From contig CAYXWL010000002.1 of NCBI GenBank assembly GCA_964468795.1, positions 5,459 through 69,458 of the forward strand: DNA of 64,000 bases. Reading direction: 5' to 3'. Each line of letters begins with the position of its first letter. Position 1 is the first letter of the stretch. Source of the DNA: an uncultured Candidatus Saccharibacteria bacterium (GTDB taxonomy: Bacteria; Patescibacteriota; Minisyncoccia; Phycocordibacterales; DATDWN01). The notes beneath the pieces are model-generated. The model saw nothing but the letters and a program-made list of their open reading frames with translations, was not told where the DNA came from and did no database searches. The position numbers were made by a program, and so were the translations under genes. Positions 27,516-37,619 of the stretch are shown here, piece after piece.

Positions 27516-28012
27516 AAGTTCGGTTCATCAGCTGATGGGCCATAAATTGAAGGGACTGGAATATTGTTTAGCCTCATATAAACTGTAAGTTGGCCTCGAT
27601 GATGAACCCAGTGGTTTATCATAGACGAGATGTTGTCCCAATTAGGCAGAGACATCAGCACTTGGTCGTTGTTTTTTAACGAAAAGATTTTTTCCATGTC
27701 CTCATCCTTTGCATTCTCTAAGGCTTTCTTAGCCCTTGAAATGTTTTCATCATAGAATTTAAGCAGATCTTCTGTCGTATCCCATTTAAATCTCGGCCAT
27801 GTTACAAAATCAATATCGCCAACTTCCAAACTATGAGCAATCCATAGCGGCATTTCCGACACTACCTGCACAAGAGATCCCATCTTCATAGATCTGTCGT
27901 GAGGCTTGTATTCCTTTAATGTTGCATCAAACTTTTCAATGCATCTCCTAGTTGCCTTCTCCTCCATCTCCATTTCTTTCAAGAATAATTTTCCAAGTGT
28001 AGTTTTTTCCAT
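27512..28012 (-). CDS. DinB/YfiT-like (DinB_2) damage-inducible family protein.
   Basis: HWVHHRGQ motif. Confidence 0.6.
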   Translation of the reverse strand: MEKTTLGKLFLKEMEMEEKATRRCIEKFDATLKEYKPHDRSMKMGSLVQVVSEMPLWIAHSLEVGDIDFVTWPRFKWDTTEDLLKFYDENISRAKKALENAKDEDMEKIFSLKNNDQVLMSLPNWDNISSMINHWVHHRGQLTVYMRLNNIPVPSIYGPSADEPNF

Positions 28013-28031
28013 TTTTTTATATTAAGAATAA

Positions 28032-29774
28032 TTATGCAGTGGCGCTTTGCTCTCTCCACAGAGCTGAATAAAGCCCCGGCATTTTAAGCAGTTCTTCGTT
28101 TGTCCCCTGCTCTGACAATTTTCCTCGCTCAAGCACAAATATTTTATCAGAGTGAATGACTGTTGAAAGCCTGTGCGCAATCATAATAGTCATGAGTTCA
28201 GGGCGATTTGCATTAATTTCTTTTATTGTCTGAGTAATCTCCCTCTCTGTCATAGTATCTAGACTTGAAGTTGCCTCGTCAAAGATAATTATTTCTGGGT
28301 CCCTTAGAAGAGCCCTGGCGATGGCAAGCCTCTGTCTTTCACCTCCAGAAAGCTTGAGGCCTCCCTCGCCGATTTTCGTATCCAGACCGTTTCCACCTCT
28401 TTCGATTATATTTTGTGCCGCTGAATGTTTTAGCGCAAGCTCACACTCCTCGTCAGTTGCACTAGGCTTTACGAACAGCAGATTGTCTCTAATCGTGCCA
28501 GCAAAGAGCTGTGTGTCCTGAGAAACATACCCGATCTTCTGATGCAGATTGTCGTAATCCACCTCGGAAGATTCTATGCCGTTAATAAGTATCTTGCCTT
28601 TTACAGGCTTATAAAGTCCGAGAATAAGCTTGATTACTGTTGTCTTTCCTGCACCAGAAGGACCGACAAACGCAACTGTTTCCCCTTTATCTATCTTGAA
28701 AGAAAGATCGTTTACAGAATTCTCGCCATTGTCTTTGTAGGAGAAGAGAACATTTTTAAATTCAATTGAATCAACAGTATCAACAATTTTTGGATTTTCC
28801 GGCTTTTTCTCCGGCTCCATATTCAATATATCCTGTAGCTTTTCCATGCTAGCCTTTGTCTCCTGATAAGAATTTGAAAGAACGCCAAGCTGGTAAAGTG
28901 GTTGGAATATAAAGAACTGGTAAATATACAGCGTAAAGTACTGACCGAACGTAATAGTTCTCTTGAATATGAGCCACATTAAAAGTAGCGATAGAGTTGC
29001 AGCAACTGCGTTTATTAGTGTGCCTTGAATAAAGCTTAGAGCTCTAATCAATTTAATTTTCTTGAGTTCCAGAGCAAGAATATCATCGTTTACTTTGTTC
29101 AATCTCTTCGTTTCCTGCAATTCAAGGCCAAGGCTTTTTACAAGCTCAACGTTCCTAAGCGTTTCTGTTGTAGATCCGGCAAGCGATGCTGTTTCTGTCA
29201 CAATCTGTCTCTGTGCGGTTTTAATCTTGTTGGAAAGGAAGAATTGGATAAATCCCATTGTCGGCAAAAGCAGAGCATAAAACAAACCGACAGCCCAAAA
29301 AACGTGGAAGGCATAACCTAGGACAAATATGATAGACACTGACGACAGAAACACTATCTGAACAAAATTAGTTATAAGGCCCTGCACATCCGTTCTGGCT
29401 TTTTGAAGCTTCAAAAGCAATTCGCCGGACCTTTGATCTTCAAAAGCGGAATACGGCAAAGAAAAAGAGTGCTCGATGCTTGCTGAATACAAATTTGCTC
29501 CCACTCGCTGAGTGATTATGCTTACATAGTAATCCTGAAAATTCTTTGCCACTCTGGAAATAAAGGCTACCAGCATAGACAAAAGCAAAAGCGATATTAC
29601 GCCTTTAAAAAATTCCTGCGATGGAATAGACAGAGCTTTTGAAGCATATTTATCAACGATTATTCTGAATATCTGAGGATCAAGCAGTGAAAAAACTTGG
29701 TTTATGGTTGCCAGAACCAGAGCCCCAGACAAAATTTTCTTATGTTTCTTAATATATTGCCAAAGTAAGTTCAT
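28032..29774 (-). CDS. ABC exporter, fused permease and ATPase (MsbA-like).
   Basis: Six TM segments. Walker A GPSGAGKTT, signature LSGGERQR, Walker B IIFDEATSSLD. Confidence 0.9.
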   Translation of the reverse strand: MNLLWQYIKKHKKILSGALVLATINQVFSLLDPQIFRIIVDKYASKALSIPSQEFFKGVISLLLLSMLVAFISRVAKNFQDYYVSIITQRVGANLYSASIEHSFSLPYSAFEDQRSGELLLKLQKARTDVQGLITNFVQIVFLSSVSIIFVLGYAFHVFWAVGLFYALLLPTMGFIQFFLSNKIKTAQRQIVTETASLAGSTTETLRNVELVKSLGLELQETKRLNKVNDDILALELKKIKLIRALSFIQGTLINAVAATLSLLLMWLIFKRTITFGQYFTLYIYQFFIFQPLYQLGVLSNSYQETKASMEKLQDILNMEPEKKPENPKIVDTVDSIEFKNVLFSYKDNGENSVNDLSFKIDKGETVAFVGPSGAGKTTVIKLILGLYKPVKGKILINGIESSEVDYDNLHQKIGYVSQDTQLFAGTIRDNLLFVKPSATDEECELALKHSAAQNIIERGGNGLDTKIGEGGLKLSGGERQRLAIARALLRDPEIIIFDEATSSLDTMTEREITQTIKEINANRPELMTIMIAHRLSTVIHSDKIFVLERGKLSEQGTNEELLKMPGLYSALWREQSATA

Positions 29775-29891
29775 CCCGTTAGAAATCGAAAACTAAAGTT
29801 TTCTTAAATTAATTCTGATAATCATTGAAAAAAATTTCACCCAATTCCACATGCATTAAATCATTAAACGATAGTAGCAGATTAGACAAAG

Positions 29892-30542
29892 TTATGAAAG
29901 CTGGAACTCTTTTGATTCATCATCTCTCATCGAAACAAACTCTATGCCATTTTGCGATAGTACAGCCTCAGGCATTTTATGGAAAATGGCCACTTTATCG
30001 GACTGTATCATTCCGTCATGCACAGGAAATGCAAATTTAGGCTTTAACTTCAATGCATATCTGATTGAGTCGCCTATTTTGCACCATGGCCCTGCCACAG
30101 GGAGTGCCAGCACTGAAATCTCTTTCATTGGATCGCAAAAGGCGTCGCCCGGGTAAAATAATTCTCCTGCAATTAAATAGCCGGTATTCTGAACCTGTCC
30201 AATCTCTTCAAATATTTCTTCATGCTTATGATCAAATGCCTCTATGGAAAGCCCATCAATACTTTTGCTATCGTTCCCCTCCAAAACAGTATAGGCAATA
30301 TGGGCTTCATCCAGCTTTTTACCAACAGCGCTGTTTGTAAATATTTCCACTTGAGGATTATTTATTATAATTTTCTTTACAGAATCGGTATGCAAATGAT
30401 CTGCATGCTCGTGAGTAATAAGCACTATATCTATTCCAGAAATATTGTTTTGCTTATCTGTAAAAGCACCAGGATCTGTCAGTATCCTTTTGTATTTTGT
30501 TTCTATGAGAAGGCAACAATGTCCAATCTTTGTTATTTTCAT
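29892..30542 (-). CDS. MBL-fold metallo-hydrolase.
   Basis: ITHEHADH (HxHxDH) motif. Confidence 0.8.
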   Translation of the reverse strand: MKITKIGHCCLLIETKYKRILTDPGAFTDKQNNISGIDIVLITHEHADHLHTDSVKKIIINNPQVEIFTNSAVGKKLDEAHIAYTVLEGNDSKSIDGLSIEAFDHKHEEIFEEIGQVQNTGYLIAGELFYPGDAFCDPMKEISVLALPVAGPWCKIGDSIRYALKLKPKFAFPVHDGMIQSDKVAIFHKMPEAVLSQNGIEFVSMRDDESKEFQLS

Positions 30543-30704
30543 TCGGGTAGAAAATTAAATTTTTTAGTAAACTGACAGCCGGGTAATTTAAGTCATATAC
30601 TTTCAAATTATACCAAATCGAACAGTATTAGTTACAAGAAAACCCGGCTAGGCCGGATCTTCGTGCATGAAAACCGTTTTATATTCAAATAAACTTAAAT
30701 ATCA

Positions 30705-30956
30705 TTACCTGTTTCCTCCTCTATTTCCTCCGTCTTCACTTCCTTCTTCACCACCTTCTCCGCCTCCGAGAGCAGAAGCTACATCGGCACTATTTGTAAA
30801 CTGCCTGTTAGGCAAACCGTTTAGAGCATCAATTATCTCCTTTGGCGCCTTGTTGTTTTTTGCGTAACTTATGAGTTCCTGTTTTGTTGCAGGATAATCG
30901 GCGCCACCCAAACTCTTCTGAACATCTGCAGGATTCATAGTTTTTGTATCCGCCAT
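30705..30956 (-). CDS. DUF2795 domain protein.
   Basis: VQKSLGGADYPATKQELISYAKNN...EIIDALNGLP, with a Gly/Glu-rich tail. Confidence 0.65.
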   Translation of the reverse strand: MADTKTMNPADVQKSLGGADYPATKQELISYAKNNKAPKEIIDALNGLPNRQFTNSADVASALGGGEGGEEGSEDGGNRGGNR

Positions 30957-31072
30957 ATATTTATTTTTATTTGGTTAATTTTAATTTCTGCACTATTAAA
31001 CCTAAACTGTCTTGTGCAGTACGTACACCATATCAGATACGCAATTAAAACCATGTGAAGCAATATAACATA

Positions 31073-31101
31073 AACAAAATACCCCCAATTGGGGGCATTT
31101 T
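31073..31101. terminator. Hairpin terminator 3' of tyrS.
   Basis: cccccaattggggg is a perfect palindrome followed by a T-run on the minus strand. Confidence 0.6.
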
Positions 31102-31120
31102 GCTCCAATTATTACTACAA

Positions 31121-32323
31121 TTAAGGAATAAGTTTTATTACCTTGAGCTTTCCTCTTTCTAGAACAACTCCGGAAGATGAGATGGATAAATTTGAATCCT
31201 CTCTCATCGTTTCGCCATTTACTCGGATACCTCCTTGTTCCATGAGCTTTTTTGCCTCAGTTTTGCTTGAAACAAAGCCTACTTTTATAAGGGCATCCAC
31301 TAGAGAAATTTCTTCTGCACCCAGATTAAACTCTACAGCATTGTCTTTGTTCTTGTTTTGAAATCTCTCAATGAAATCATTCTGTGCTTCACTGGCACCA
31401 TCCTCCCCATGAAAAAGCTTAACGAGTTCGTGTGCCAGCTTCATTTTTGCATCCCGAGGAGGAAGTGAAAGTATTTCCTTAATTTCGTCTTTCGAAAGCA
31501 GTGTGCAATTTAGGAAAAGTATCTCCATCATTTCATCAGGCTGAGACATAATCTGTCCGTACATGTCTGAAGCCCCCGTATCCAGAAATACGCCAGTACC
31601 TTTGCTCTTTGACATTAGTTCCCCAGTCTTTGGGTTTTCCATCAAAGTCACTGCTACGACAAATTTTTCCTTGTTATTAATTCTCTTCTGCAAAGTTCTG
31701 CCGGCTAGCGCGTTAAAAGTCTGATCTGTTCCGCAAATTTCGACATCTACATCCATCATCGCCGAATCATAGCCTTGCATAAGCGGATAAAGGAATTCAT
31801 GCAAGAATATAGGTTTTCCTTCAGTCATCCTCTTTTGAAACATATCTCTCTCAAGCATTTGCTGTACAGTAAAGTTTGCAGAAAGCCCGATCAAGTCTTC
31901 CATCGAAAGTTTTGAAAGCCAGTCGTGATTGTACTTTATAATAGGAGGATTTTTCTCATCATCGAAATTCATCAGCGGGCGAATCAGGCTCTTCCACTTC
32001 TCCACATTCGCCATAACCTCTTCGCGAGTAAGCTGTTTTCGGGTTGAAGATTCTCCGGTCGGATCTCCTATCCTTGCTGTAAAATCCCCGAACAAGACTA
32101 TAGCCTCATGTCCCAGCTTTCGGAATTTTTCCAAAAGCATAATATTTTTTGCATGACTTAAATGCAAAGTCGGCGCTGTAGCATCAAACCCAATATAAAA
32201 CCTCATTCTCTCTCCCGAAGAAAGCTTCTCTATGAACTCTTTTTTAGTAGGAAGGACCTCAACAATTGTTCCTCTGTCCATTATTTCCTCAATTGCCTTC
32301 TTGTCCGTGATTACTTCTGACAT
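31121..32323 (-). CDS. tyrS: Tyrosine--tRNA ligase.
   Basis: HIGH region (APTLHLSH), KMSKS-like (LMSKSKG) and a C-terminal S4 domain. Confidence 0.85.
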   Translation of the reverse strand: MSEVITDKKAIEEIMDRGTIVEVLPTKKEFIEKLSSGERMRFYIGFDATAPTLHLSHAKNIMLLEKFRKLGHEAIVLFGDFTARIGDPTGESSTRKQLTREEVMANVEKWKSLIRPLMNFDDEKNPPIIKYNHDWLSKLSMEDLIGLSANFTVQQMLERDMFQKRMTEGKPIFLHEFLYPLMQGYDSAMMDVDVEICGTDQTFNALAGRTLQKRINNKEKFVVAVTLMENPKTGELMSKSKGTGVFLDTGASDMYGQIMSQPDEMMEILFLNCTLLSKDEIKEILSLPPRDAKMKLAHELVKLFHGEDGASEAQNDFIERFQNKNKDNAVEFNLGAEEISLVDALIKVGFVSSKTEAKKLMEQGGIRVNGETMREDSNLSISSSGVVLERGKLKVIKLIP

Positions 32324-32370
32324 GAAAATAATATACCAAAAATATGACCCGTTAGCCAGGTTGGCTGTTT

Positions 32371-32967
32371 TTAATGCAGGTTAAGTATGTTTTGAGCGAG
32401 CTCAGGAAACTCCGACTGGTTAAAATGCATCTTATCTTCAAATACTTTCATCTCTGCATTACGCAACGCCTTTGCGTATTTCTCGGCGTCTTCAAAAGGC
32501 ACCACAGGATCATCTTTGCTGTGATATATGAATATTTTTTCTACTTGCGAAGATACGTATTCTAAATTTTCTAAATCAAAACCTGCAAGATGATTTTCTT
32601 CCCTTGTACAATAAGGAGCAGCTAAAAGAATCAGGGCCTTAATCTTTTTTTGAGAATTATTTTCTGACAAGTACTTTGCCAGGAAAATCCCACCCAGAGA
32701 GTGTCCGACGAGTATGATGCCTTCATCCACCAAGCTCATAATTTTCTCAAACCAAATCTTCCACTCCGTATATTGCGCATTTTGCGAATTTGGCATCTGT
32801 GCCACAAACACATCGTAATCCTCACCTAATGCCGTTTGGAAATTTCCTTTCCACCCACCAGGCCTAAGCCTTTCCAACTTTGGTGTTTTACTTTTTAAGT
32901 CATTCAAATAAAGCTCATATGTATCGAACGCGTCTCCTCCGTTTATTATAAGTACTTGCTGTTTCAT
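32371..32967 (-). CDS. Alpha/beta hydrolase (YdeN/RBBP9-like serine hydrolase).
   Basis: GHSLGG nucleophile elbow. Confidence 0.65.
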   Translation of the reverse strand: MKQQVLIINGGDAFDTYELYLNDLKSKTPKLERLRPGGWKGNFQTALGEDYDVFVAQMPNSQNAQYTEWKIWFEKIMSLVDEGIILVGHSLGGIFLAKYLSENNSQKKIKALILLAAPYCTREENHLAGFDLENLEYVSSQVEKIFIYHSKDDPVVPFEDAEKYAKALRNAEMKVFEDKMHFNQSEFPELAQNILNLH

Positions 32968-33315
32968 TTATTTAAATTCAAATAATACTTTATTAAAATC
33001 AACTATTCTACCCTTTTCATCTACTTTTATCTTTTCCTTTTTATATAATTTTAATCTTTCTGATTTATGCTTTTCATCTGTCCAAACTTTTCCGTCTGCA
33101 TACACAATCCTGTGCCAAGGAATTTTCTTGTTGCCAGAAAGCCAAGCTTTATAAAGTATGGAGGTAATGCTCTGTGAAGCCATGGGACCCGCTCCCGCTG
33201 CTTTTGCTATCCTGCCGTATGTAGAAACTCTGCCTTTTGGAATTGATAAGGCTAGTTTTAAAACTCTGTCAGAAAATGTTTGCATTTTATTTGAATACAA
33301 CTGATCCGCTGTCAT
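32968..33315 (-). CDS. Alkyltransferase-like (ATL) protein: an MGMT/Ogt DNA-binding domain with Trp replacing the active-site Cys.
   Basis: The motif is PWHRIV where PCHRV would be expected. The start may instead be at MQTFSD (33285). Confidence 0.65.
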   Translation of the reverse strand: MTADQLYSNKMQTFSDRVLKLALSIPKGRVSTYGRIAKAAGAGPMASQSITSILYKAWLSGNKKIPWHRIVYADGKVWTDEKHKSERLKLYKKEKIKVDEKGRIVDFNKVLFEFK

Positions 33316-34183
33316 ACATTAAATCAATAACCAATTCTCCTTTTCCTGTGAAATGGTAAATCTGAAATTGACTAAGTAATTTTGTGAAATCTGATTCCTT
33401 TGAACCCTCGCAATACATAAGTGTTGTATAAGTATCGCTTATTTTTATTTTTCCTTTGCTTGCCGTGTATTTACCCCCAACATGGTTGCAGTCCGTAGTC
33501 GCAGTAAAAGTTCCATCTTTTTTAAACGAAATTGAAAACTTTTTGCTATCAAGGACTATTTTCTTGCCATCATTATATGTACCGCTCTGAAAGAACCATT
33601 GCTTCATGCTGAGCGTCATTTTGCTTGCATCAGCTTCTCCCTCAAAATTCTGGACAACTTCGCCCCATTCTAAATTTTTAGGATCCAAAAGAAGATACAA
33701 GCTCTTGCCCAAAGACGGCTGTGCTGTCATCGGTTCACCAGGCTTTCTGTCGGCATAATTGACAATCACTATTCTGTTGTCGCCGGAATTCGTAGTCTGC
33801 GGAGCAATCCTATCGCCTATAAAAACCGCATTTGTTCCGACATATCCATTTTCCTTATTTAGCGCTCCTACTAAATAATAAAACGTTCCGCTTCCTCCGG
33901 TTGTCTGGGTTATAAGGAAAGCAACATCTTCACGACCATCTCCATCAAGATCTTTCTTAATCTCATTTCCAAAGTATCTGGTTGTGATTTTTTCTGCTGA
34001 TCCAGGAGCGGATGGCTTTTCTGACACACCATTTACCAGCCTTATCTTCTCTCCAGAAATAATGTATTCGATATTTTTATAATCAGATTTTAAATATATT
34101 TCTTTTTCCCTCTTAATTAATAAATAGTATGCTCCGCCAAGCAAAATAATAAGTAATGATAAGTAAATGGCATATTTTTTCAT
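33287..34183 (-). CDS. Secreted protein with a C-terminal META (HslJ-like) domain.
   Basis: Signal anchor. META-like KQWFFQSG...LMYCEGS. Confidence 0.5.
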   Translation of the reverse strand: MKKYAIYLSLLIILLGGAYYLLIKREKEIYLKSDYKNIEYIISGEKIRLVNGVSEKPSAPGSAEKITTRYFGNEIKKDLDGDGREDVAFLITQTTGGSGTFYYLVGALNKENGYVGTNAVFIGDRIAPQTTNSGDNRIVIVNYADRKPGEPMTAQPSLGKSLYLLLDPKNLEWGEVVQNFEGEADASKMTLSMKQWFFQSGTYNDGKKIVLDSKKFSISFKKDGTFTATTDCNHVGGKYTASKGKIKISDTYTTLMYCEGSKESDFTKLLSQFQIYHFTGKGELVIDLMYDSGSVVFK

Positions 34184-34219
34184 AGCTTAATTATACCACC
34201 ATGGGCACAACGTCAAACA

Positions 34220-34248
34220 AAAAGCCCGGCTAGCCGGGCTTTTTGTCT
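34220..34248. terminator. Hairpin terminator.
   Basis: aaaaagcccggc-tagc-cgggcttttt. Confidence 0.65.
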
Positions 34249-34252
34249 TTGT

Positions 34253-34615
34253 TTAGATTGTCTGTCGTCTTCGAATTCCCTCCTTGTCTTCGAGCATGTG
34301 GAAACCTGTGTTTACCAGAGCTAGTACGATTCCAAAGAAGAATGCTGACCAGAATCCTGATACATCAAACCCTGGAACTACTCTAGCCGCTAGCATTATA
34401 AGCAAGGCGTTTATCACGAGCGAGAACAGACCGAGCGTAAGGACATTTATAGGCATTGCTATAATGTTTACTACTGGCCTTATTAGAATGTTAATCAAAG
34501 CTATGACTATCGCCGCTATGATCGCTCCAGTAATCGTAACTGTTGCACCTGGAATAATGTAAGCGGTAATAATTATTGCTAAAGCCGATACCAATAAATG
34601 AATTACTGTTTTCAT
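34253..34615 (-). CDS. Phage holin family 4-like (DUF360) membrane protein.
   Basis: A 120-aa protein with 4 TM segments and a DUF360-like pattern. Confidence 0.55.
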   Translation of the reverse strand: MKTVIHLLVSALAIIITAYIIPGATVTITGAIIAAIVIALINILIRPVVNIIAMPINVLTLGLFSLVINALLIMLAARVVPGFDVSGFWSAFFFGIVLALVNTGFHMLEDKEGIRRRQTI

Positions 34616-34694
34616 AATTATTATTTATTTAAATAATAATACTTTCCAATTATATATATTTGACCTTAAATTAGGATGAACTGATTTTTGAAGC

Positions 34695-35144
34695 CTAGCT
34701 TATCAAGTTTTTAATTACATTAAGAGGAAATGAAACCAAGATTGTTCCGAGCAGGATCAAGGCTAGGCCAATTCCTGTCTGAACAGTGAAGCCTTCTCCT
34801 AAAATTATTACAGCAAGAATTGCAGTGAAAATAATCGAGAGCTTGTCTATAACCGTAACGGCAATGGTCGGCCCCCCAGAAAGTGCGTGATAAAAGAATA
34901 TCCACGACAAAGCTCCGCCTAGGCCGGACAGCACGACAAACAACCACTGCTTTGAGGACAAAGAGCTTAGTGACAAGTAAGATATCTTCCCCAAAGAGAC
35001 GGCTGCGACAAAAACAATTAAAGCCATGACAATGCCCCTTATCGCAGTAAGCAGATTTGGATCTACGCCTTTCAGCCCCATCTTTGCAAAAATAGTGCCC
35101 ATGCTTGCCATAACTGCTCCCAAAATTGCGTAAAGAATATACAT
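34695..35144 (-). CDS. EamA-like small DMT-family transporter.
   Basis: Four or five TM segments with an EamA-like G-rich motif. Confidence 0.55.
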   Translation of the reverse strand: MYILYAILGAVMASMGTIFAKMGLKGVDPNLLTAIRGIVMALIVFVAAVSLGKISYLSLSSLSSKQWLFVVLSGLGGALSWIFFYHALSGGPTIAVTVIDKLSIIFTAILAVIILGEGFTVQTGIGLALILLGTILVSFPLNVIKNLIS

Positions 35145-35148
35145 ATAA

Positions 35149-35562
35149 TTATCTCCAGATAGCCAAGATTATACCCATAACAGCAGAGCATATTGCGAAC
35201 GAAACATTATCAAACAACCATAGCTTCCAGGACTTGCCCATCCATATAACATCTATTGAGGTAGTGGTAAGAACATTACCTAACCAGAGCCAAAGTCCGA
35301 TTATCATGCCCTTGTACCAAGTCATTTCCCCTATTACAGCAGAGTACGACGATATCCAAATTGCTCCGCTAAGCACAAAAGCTTGCACAACATTTGAAAA
35401 ATAATTCCAAAACATCTGGGCTTTCATTTCGGACAATTTCTCATTGCCTGTTGGAGTAATTTTCGCCAGTCTCATCCAGACTTTTCCAAATAAAGGACCG
35501 TGAAAAAGAAAACCTATAACAAAACAAACTGCAGCAGAAATAAGTATTGGAAATATGCCCAT
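35149..35562 (-). CDS. DUF1761-like membrane protein.
   Basis: Four TM segments. Assigned by pattern memory only. Confidence 0.4.
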   Translation of the reverse strand: MGIFPILISAAVCFVIGFLFHGPLFGKVWMRLAKITPTGNEKLSEMKAQMFWNYFSNVVQAFVLSGAIWISSYSAVIGEMTWYKGMIIGLWLWLGNVLTTTSIDVIWMGKSWKLWLFDNVSFAICSAVMGIILAIWR

Positions 35563-35579
35563 AAAATTATATTTTGAAC

Positions 35580-36221
35580 CTAATTACACCTTCTATTATT
35601 AGCATTTCGTATAAGGAGCAGATCATCCATTGTAACCTGGCCATCAAAATCAACGTCTGTGTTAAATAAGCAAATTGCAGAAGTAGATCCTAGGCACAGC
35701 TGAGCATAACGTGCGTCTGCTGTATTAACAGATCTGTCATTATTTACATCATAAAGAAGAATATTGCCAGGGTCATTTGCCATAACAGTGACCCTATTAG
35801 AGTATTCAAGCTTCGTTTTTAGCAAATAAGACTGGCCATCTGGACATGTCTTGTACATATACATTCGCCAATTAGCAGGATCATTTGAAGGGTCCTTTGG
35901 CAAGGCTGATATATACCTACCAGAGACTAATCTATTCAAGCTTATGCCAGTGGCCCAGTTGCTAGAGCTTGGGAGATCTGTACATTTGACTGTTCCTCCG
36001 CTAGTAAAGCATTCATTTGAGGCAGTAACTGGATAAGAATTGTGATCAGAATAATATAGTTCAAGTGCCTGCTGGAAAGACTTTAGATCAAGTTTTCGTG
36101 AGGCATCTCTCTGCCTGACTCTGGCAAGCGACAAGCTGTTGTAGACGATTGATGATAATAGGCTAATTATAGAAATAACGACCAGTAGCTCTATTAACGT
36201 AAATCCTTTTGAATTTTTCAC
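35580..36221 (-). CDS. Type IV pilin/pseudopilin (prepilin N-terminal methylation motif) with a C-terminal dockerin-like tandem repeat.
   Basis: KGFTLIELLVVISIISLL at the N-terminus. The C-terminus carries DVNNDRSVNTADARYAQL and DVDFDGQVTMDDLLLI, which are dockerin type I-like Ca-binding repeats. Confidence 0.75.
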   Translation of the reverse strand: MKNSKGFTLIELLVVISIISLLSSIVYNSLSLARVRQRDASRKLDLKSFQQALELYYSDHNSYPVTASNECFTSGGTVKCTDLPSSSNWATGISLNRLVSGRYISALPKDPSNDPANWRMYMYKTCPDGQSYLLKTKLEYSNRVTVMANDPGNILLYDVNNDRSVNTADARYAQLCLGSTSAICLFNTDVDFDGQVTMDDLLLIRNANNRRCN

Positions 36222-36366
36222 GGTAAGTGTAGATAATGAATATGCTTTTATATTAACAAATTAAAATATACGTGCCTAGTAAACTTATCCTTGTTTATCA
36301 TGTTTCTTTTTATTCAAAATCAATACATAGCAAAAAGTCTAAAAAAGTGTAATATTATGAGCACAT

Positions 36367-36440
36367 TGGGGGATCGTCTAACGGTAGGACATCAGGTTTT
36401 GGTCCTGAGTATCGGGGTTCGAGTCCCTGTCCCCCAGCCA
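36367..36440 (+). tRNA. tRNA-Gln (anticodon UUG), CCA-encoded.
   Basis: The cloverleaf was folded by hand: acceptor TGGGGGA/TCCCCCA, D stem GTCT/GGAC, anticodon stem TCAGG/CCTGA with loop TTTTGGT, T arm CGGGG-TTCGAGT-CCCTG. Confidence 0.85.
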
Positions 36441-36532
36441 GCTTGAGATAGTTTCGGACTCCGAGGAGGGTCGCGAAATGGCTCAAGTACCTATTCTGAC
36501 ATCGCATACCTGCTGAGCGCAGTATTCAAGAA

Positions 36533-36566
36533 AGAAAAAGCACCAAATTAGGTGCTTTTTCTTTCT
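36533..36566 (+). terminator. Rho-independent terminator after the tRNA.
   Basis: aaaaagcacc-aaatta-ggtgctttttc. Confidence 0.6.
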
Positions 36567-36609
36567 CTTCAAAAATCAAGCTAAAACTGGTATAGTTTAG
36601 ATATTATTT

Positions 36610-37104
36610 ATGAAAATAAAATCTCAGTTCGCTGATAAGGAAGGAAAATTAGCAGAAGTTACATATGAAGATGCTAATTCATTTGATCATCTTTTAGACA
36701 AGAAAGTGACGCAAACATATGGTGTCTGTTTTGTCGAAAATAAAATAGTTATTGTTTACAGTATAAAAGGTGGTGGTCACTGGATTCTCCCAGGCGGAAG
36801 TATTGAAAAAGGAGAAACTTTTGAAGAATGTCTAAAAAGAGAAATTCGAGAAGAATCAAACATGGAGGTTATTTCTTTTGCTCCAATTGGGTATCAGGAA
36901 GTTCGCTTTGATGGAAAGATATTTAATCAATTACGCTATATTTGTATAGTGAAGCCTTATGGAGATTTTATTTCTGATCCGGACGGAAGTATTACTGAAA
37001 TAAAACTAATTGATCCAAAGGAATACAAACAATATTTTGATTGGGGTGAGATCGGAGAAAGAATTATAGAAAGAGCGATAGAACTTAAGAATAAATTAGT
37101 ATAA
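36610..37104 (+). CDS. NUDIX hydrolase.
   Basis: Nudix box GGSIEKGETFEECLKREIREESNM. Confidence 0.8.
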   Translation: MKIKSQFADKEGKLAEVTYEDANSFDHLLDKKVTQTYGVCFVENKIVIVYSIKGGGHWILPGGSIEKGETFEECLKREIREESNMEVISFAPIGYQEVRFDGKIFNQLRYICIVKPYGDFISDPDGSITEIKLIDPKEYKQYFDWGEIGERIIERAIELKNKLV

Positions 37105-37111
37105 TAAAATC

Positions 37112-37615
37112 ATGGAAATAAAATCTCAATTCAAAAGTCGTAATGGAGAAATGATTGATTATGTATACAGAGAAGGCTCTGATCCAATAGAAGGATTAGA
37201 AGGAAAAATTCTACAGGCCGTTCATGGCTTTTGTTTTTATGGAGATAAGTTAGTTGTGGTATATGCAGGCGACAAAGGTTACTGGACATTTCCTGGTGGA
37301 GGCATAGAACCAGGAGAAACATGGCAAGAAGCCACAGTTAGAGAAGTAAAAGAAGAATCAAATATGAAAGTGCTACATCAAGAATTGATTGGTTATATAG
37401 ATGTATATGAAAAAGATAGAATCATACGACAAACCAGATCACTCTGCATTGTCGAACCATATGGAGATTTTGTTTCTGACCCAGATGTAGATATCACAGA
37501 GATCAAGCTGGTTGACCCTAAAGATTATGGACAGTATGTAAAATGGGGTGAAATTGGAGATCATATTGTTAAACGAGCTTTAGAAATACGGAGCAAGTAT
37601 AATGGATTAATATAA
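37112..37615 (+). CDS. NUDIX hydrolase, a tandem paralog of the previous gene.
   Basis: Nudix box GGGIEPGETWQEATVREVKEESNM. The two proteins are collinear and about 45% identical. Confidence 0.8.
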   Translation: MEIKSQFKSRNGEMIDYVYREGSDPIEGLEGKILQAVHGFCFYGDKLVVVYAGDKGYWTFPGGGIEPGETWQEATVREVKEESNMKVLHQELIGYIDVYEKDRIIRQTRSLCIVEPYGDFVSDPDVDITEIKLVDPKDYGQYVKWGEIGDHIVKRALEIRSKYNGLI

Positions 37616-37619
37616 TCAT

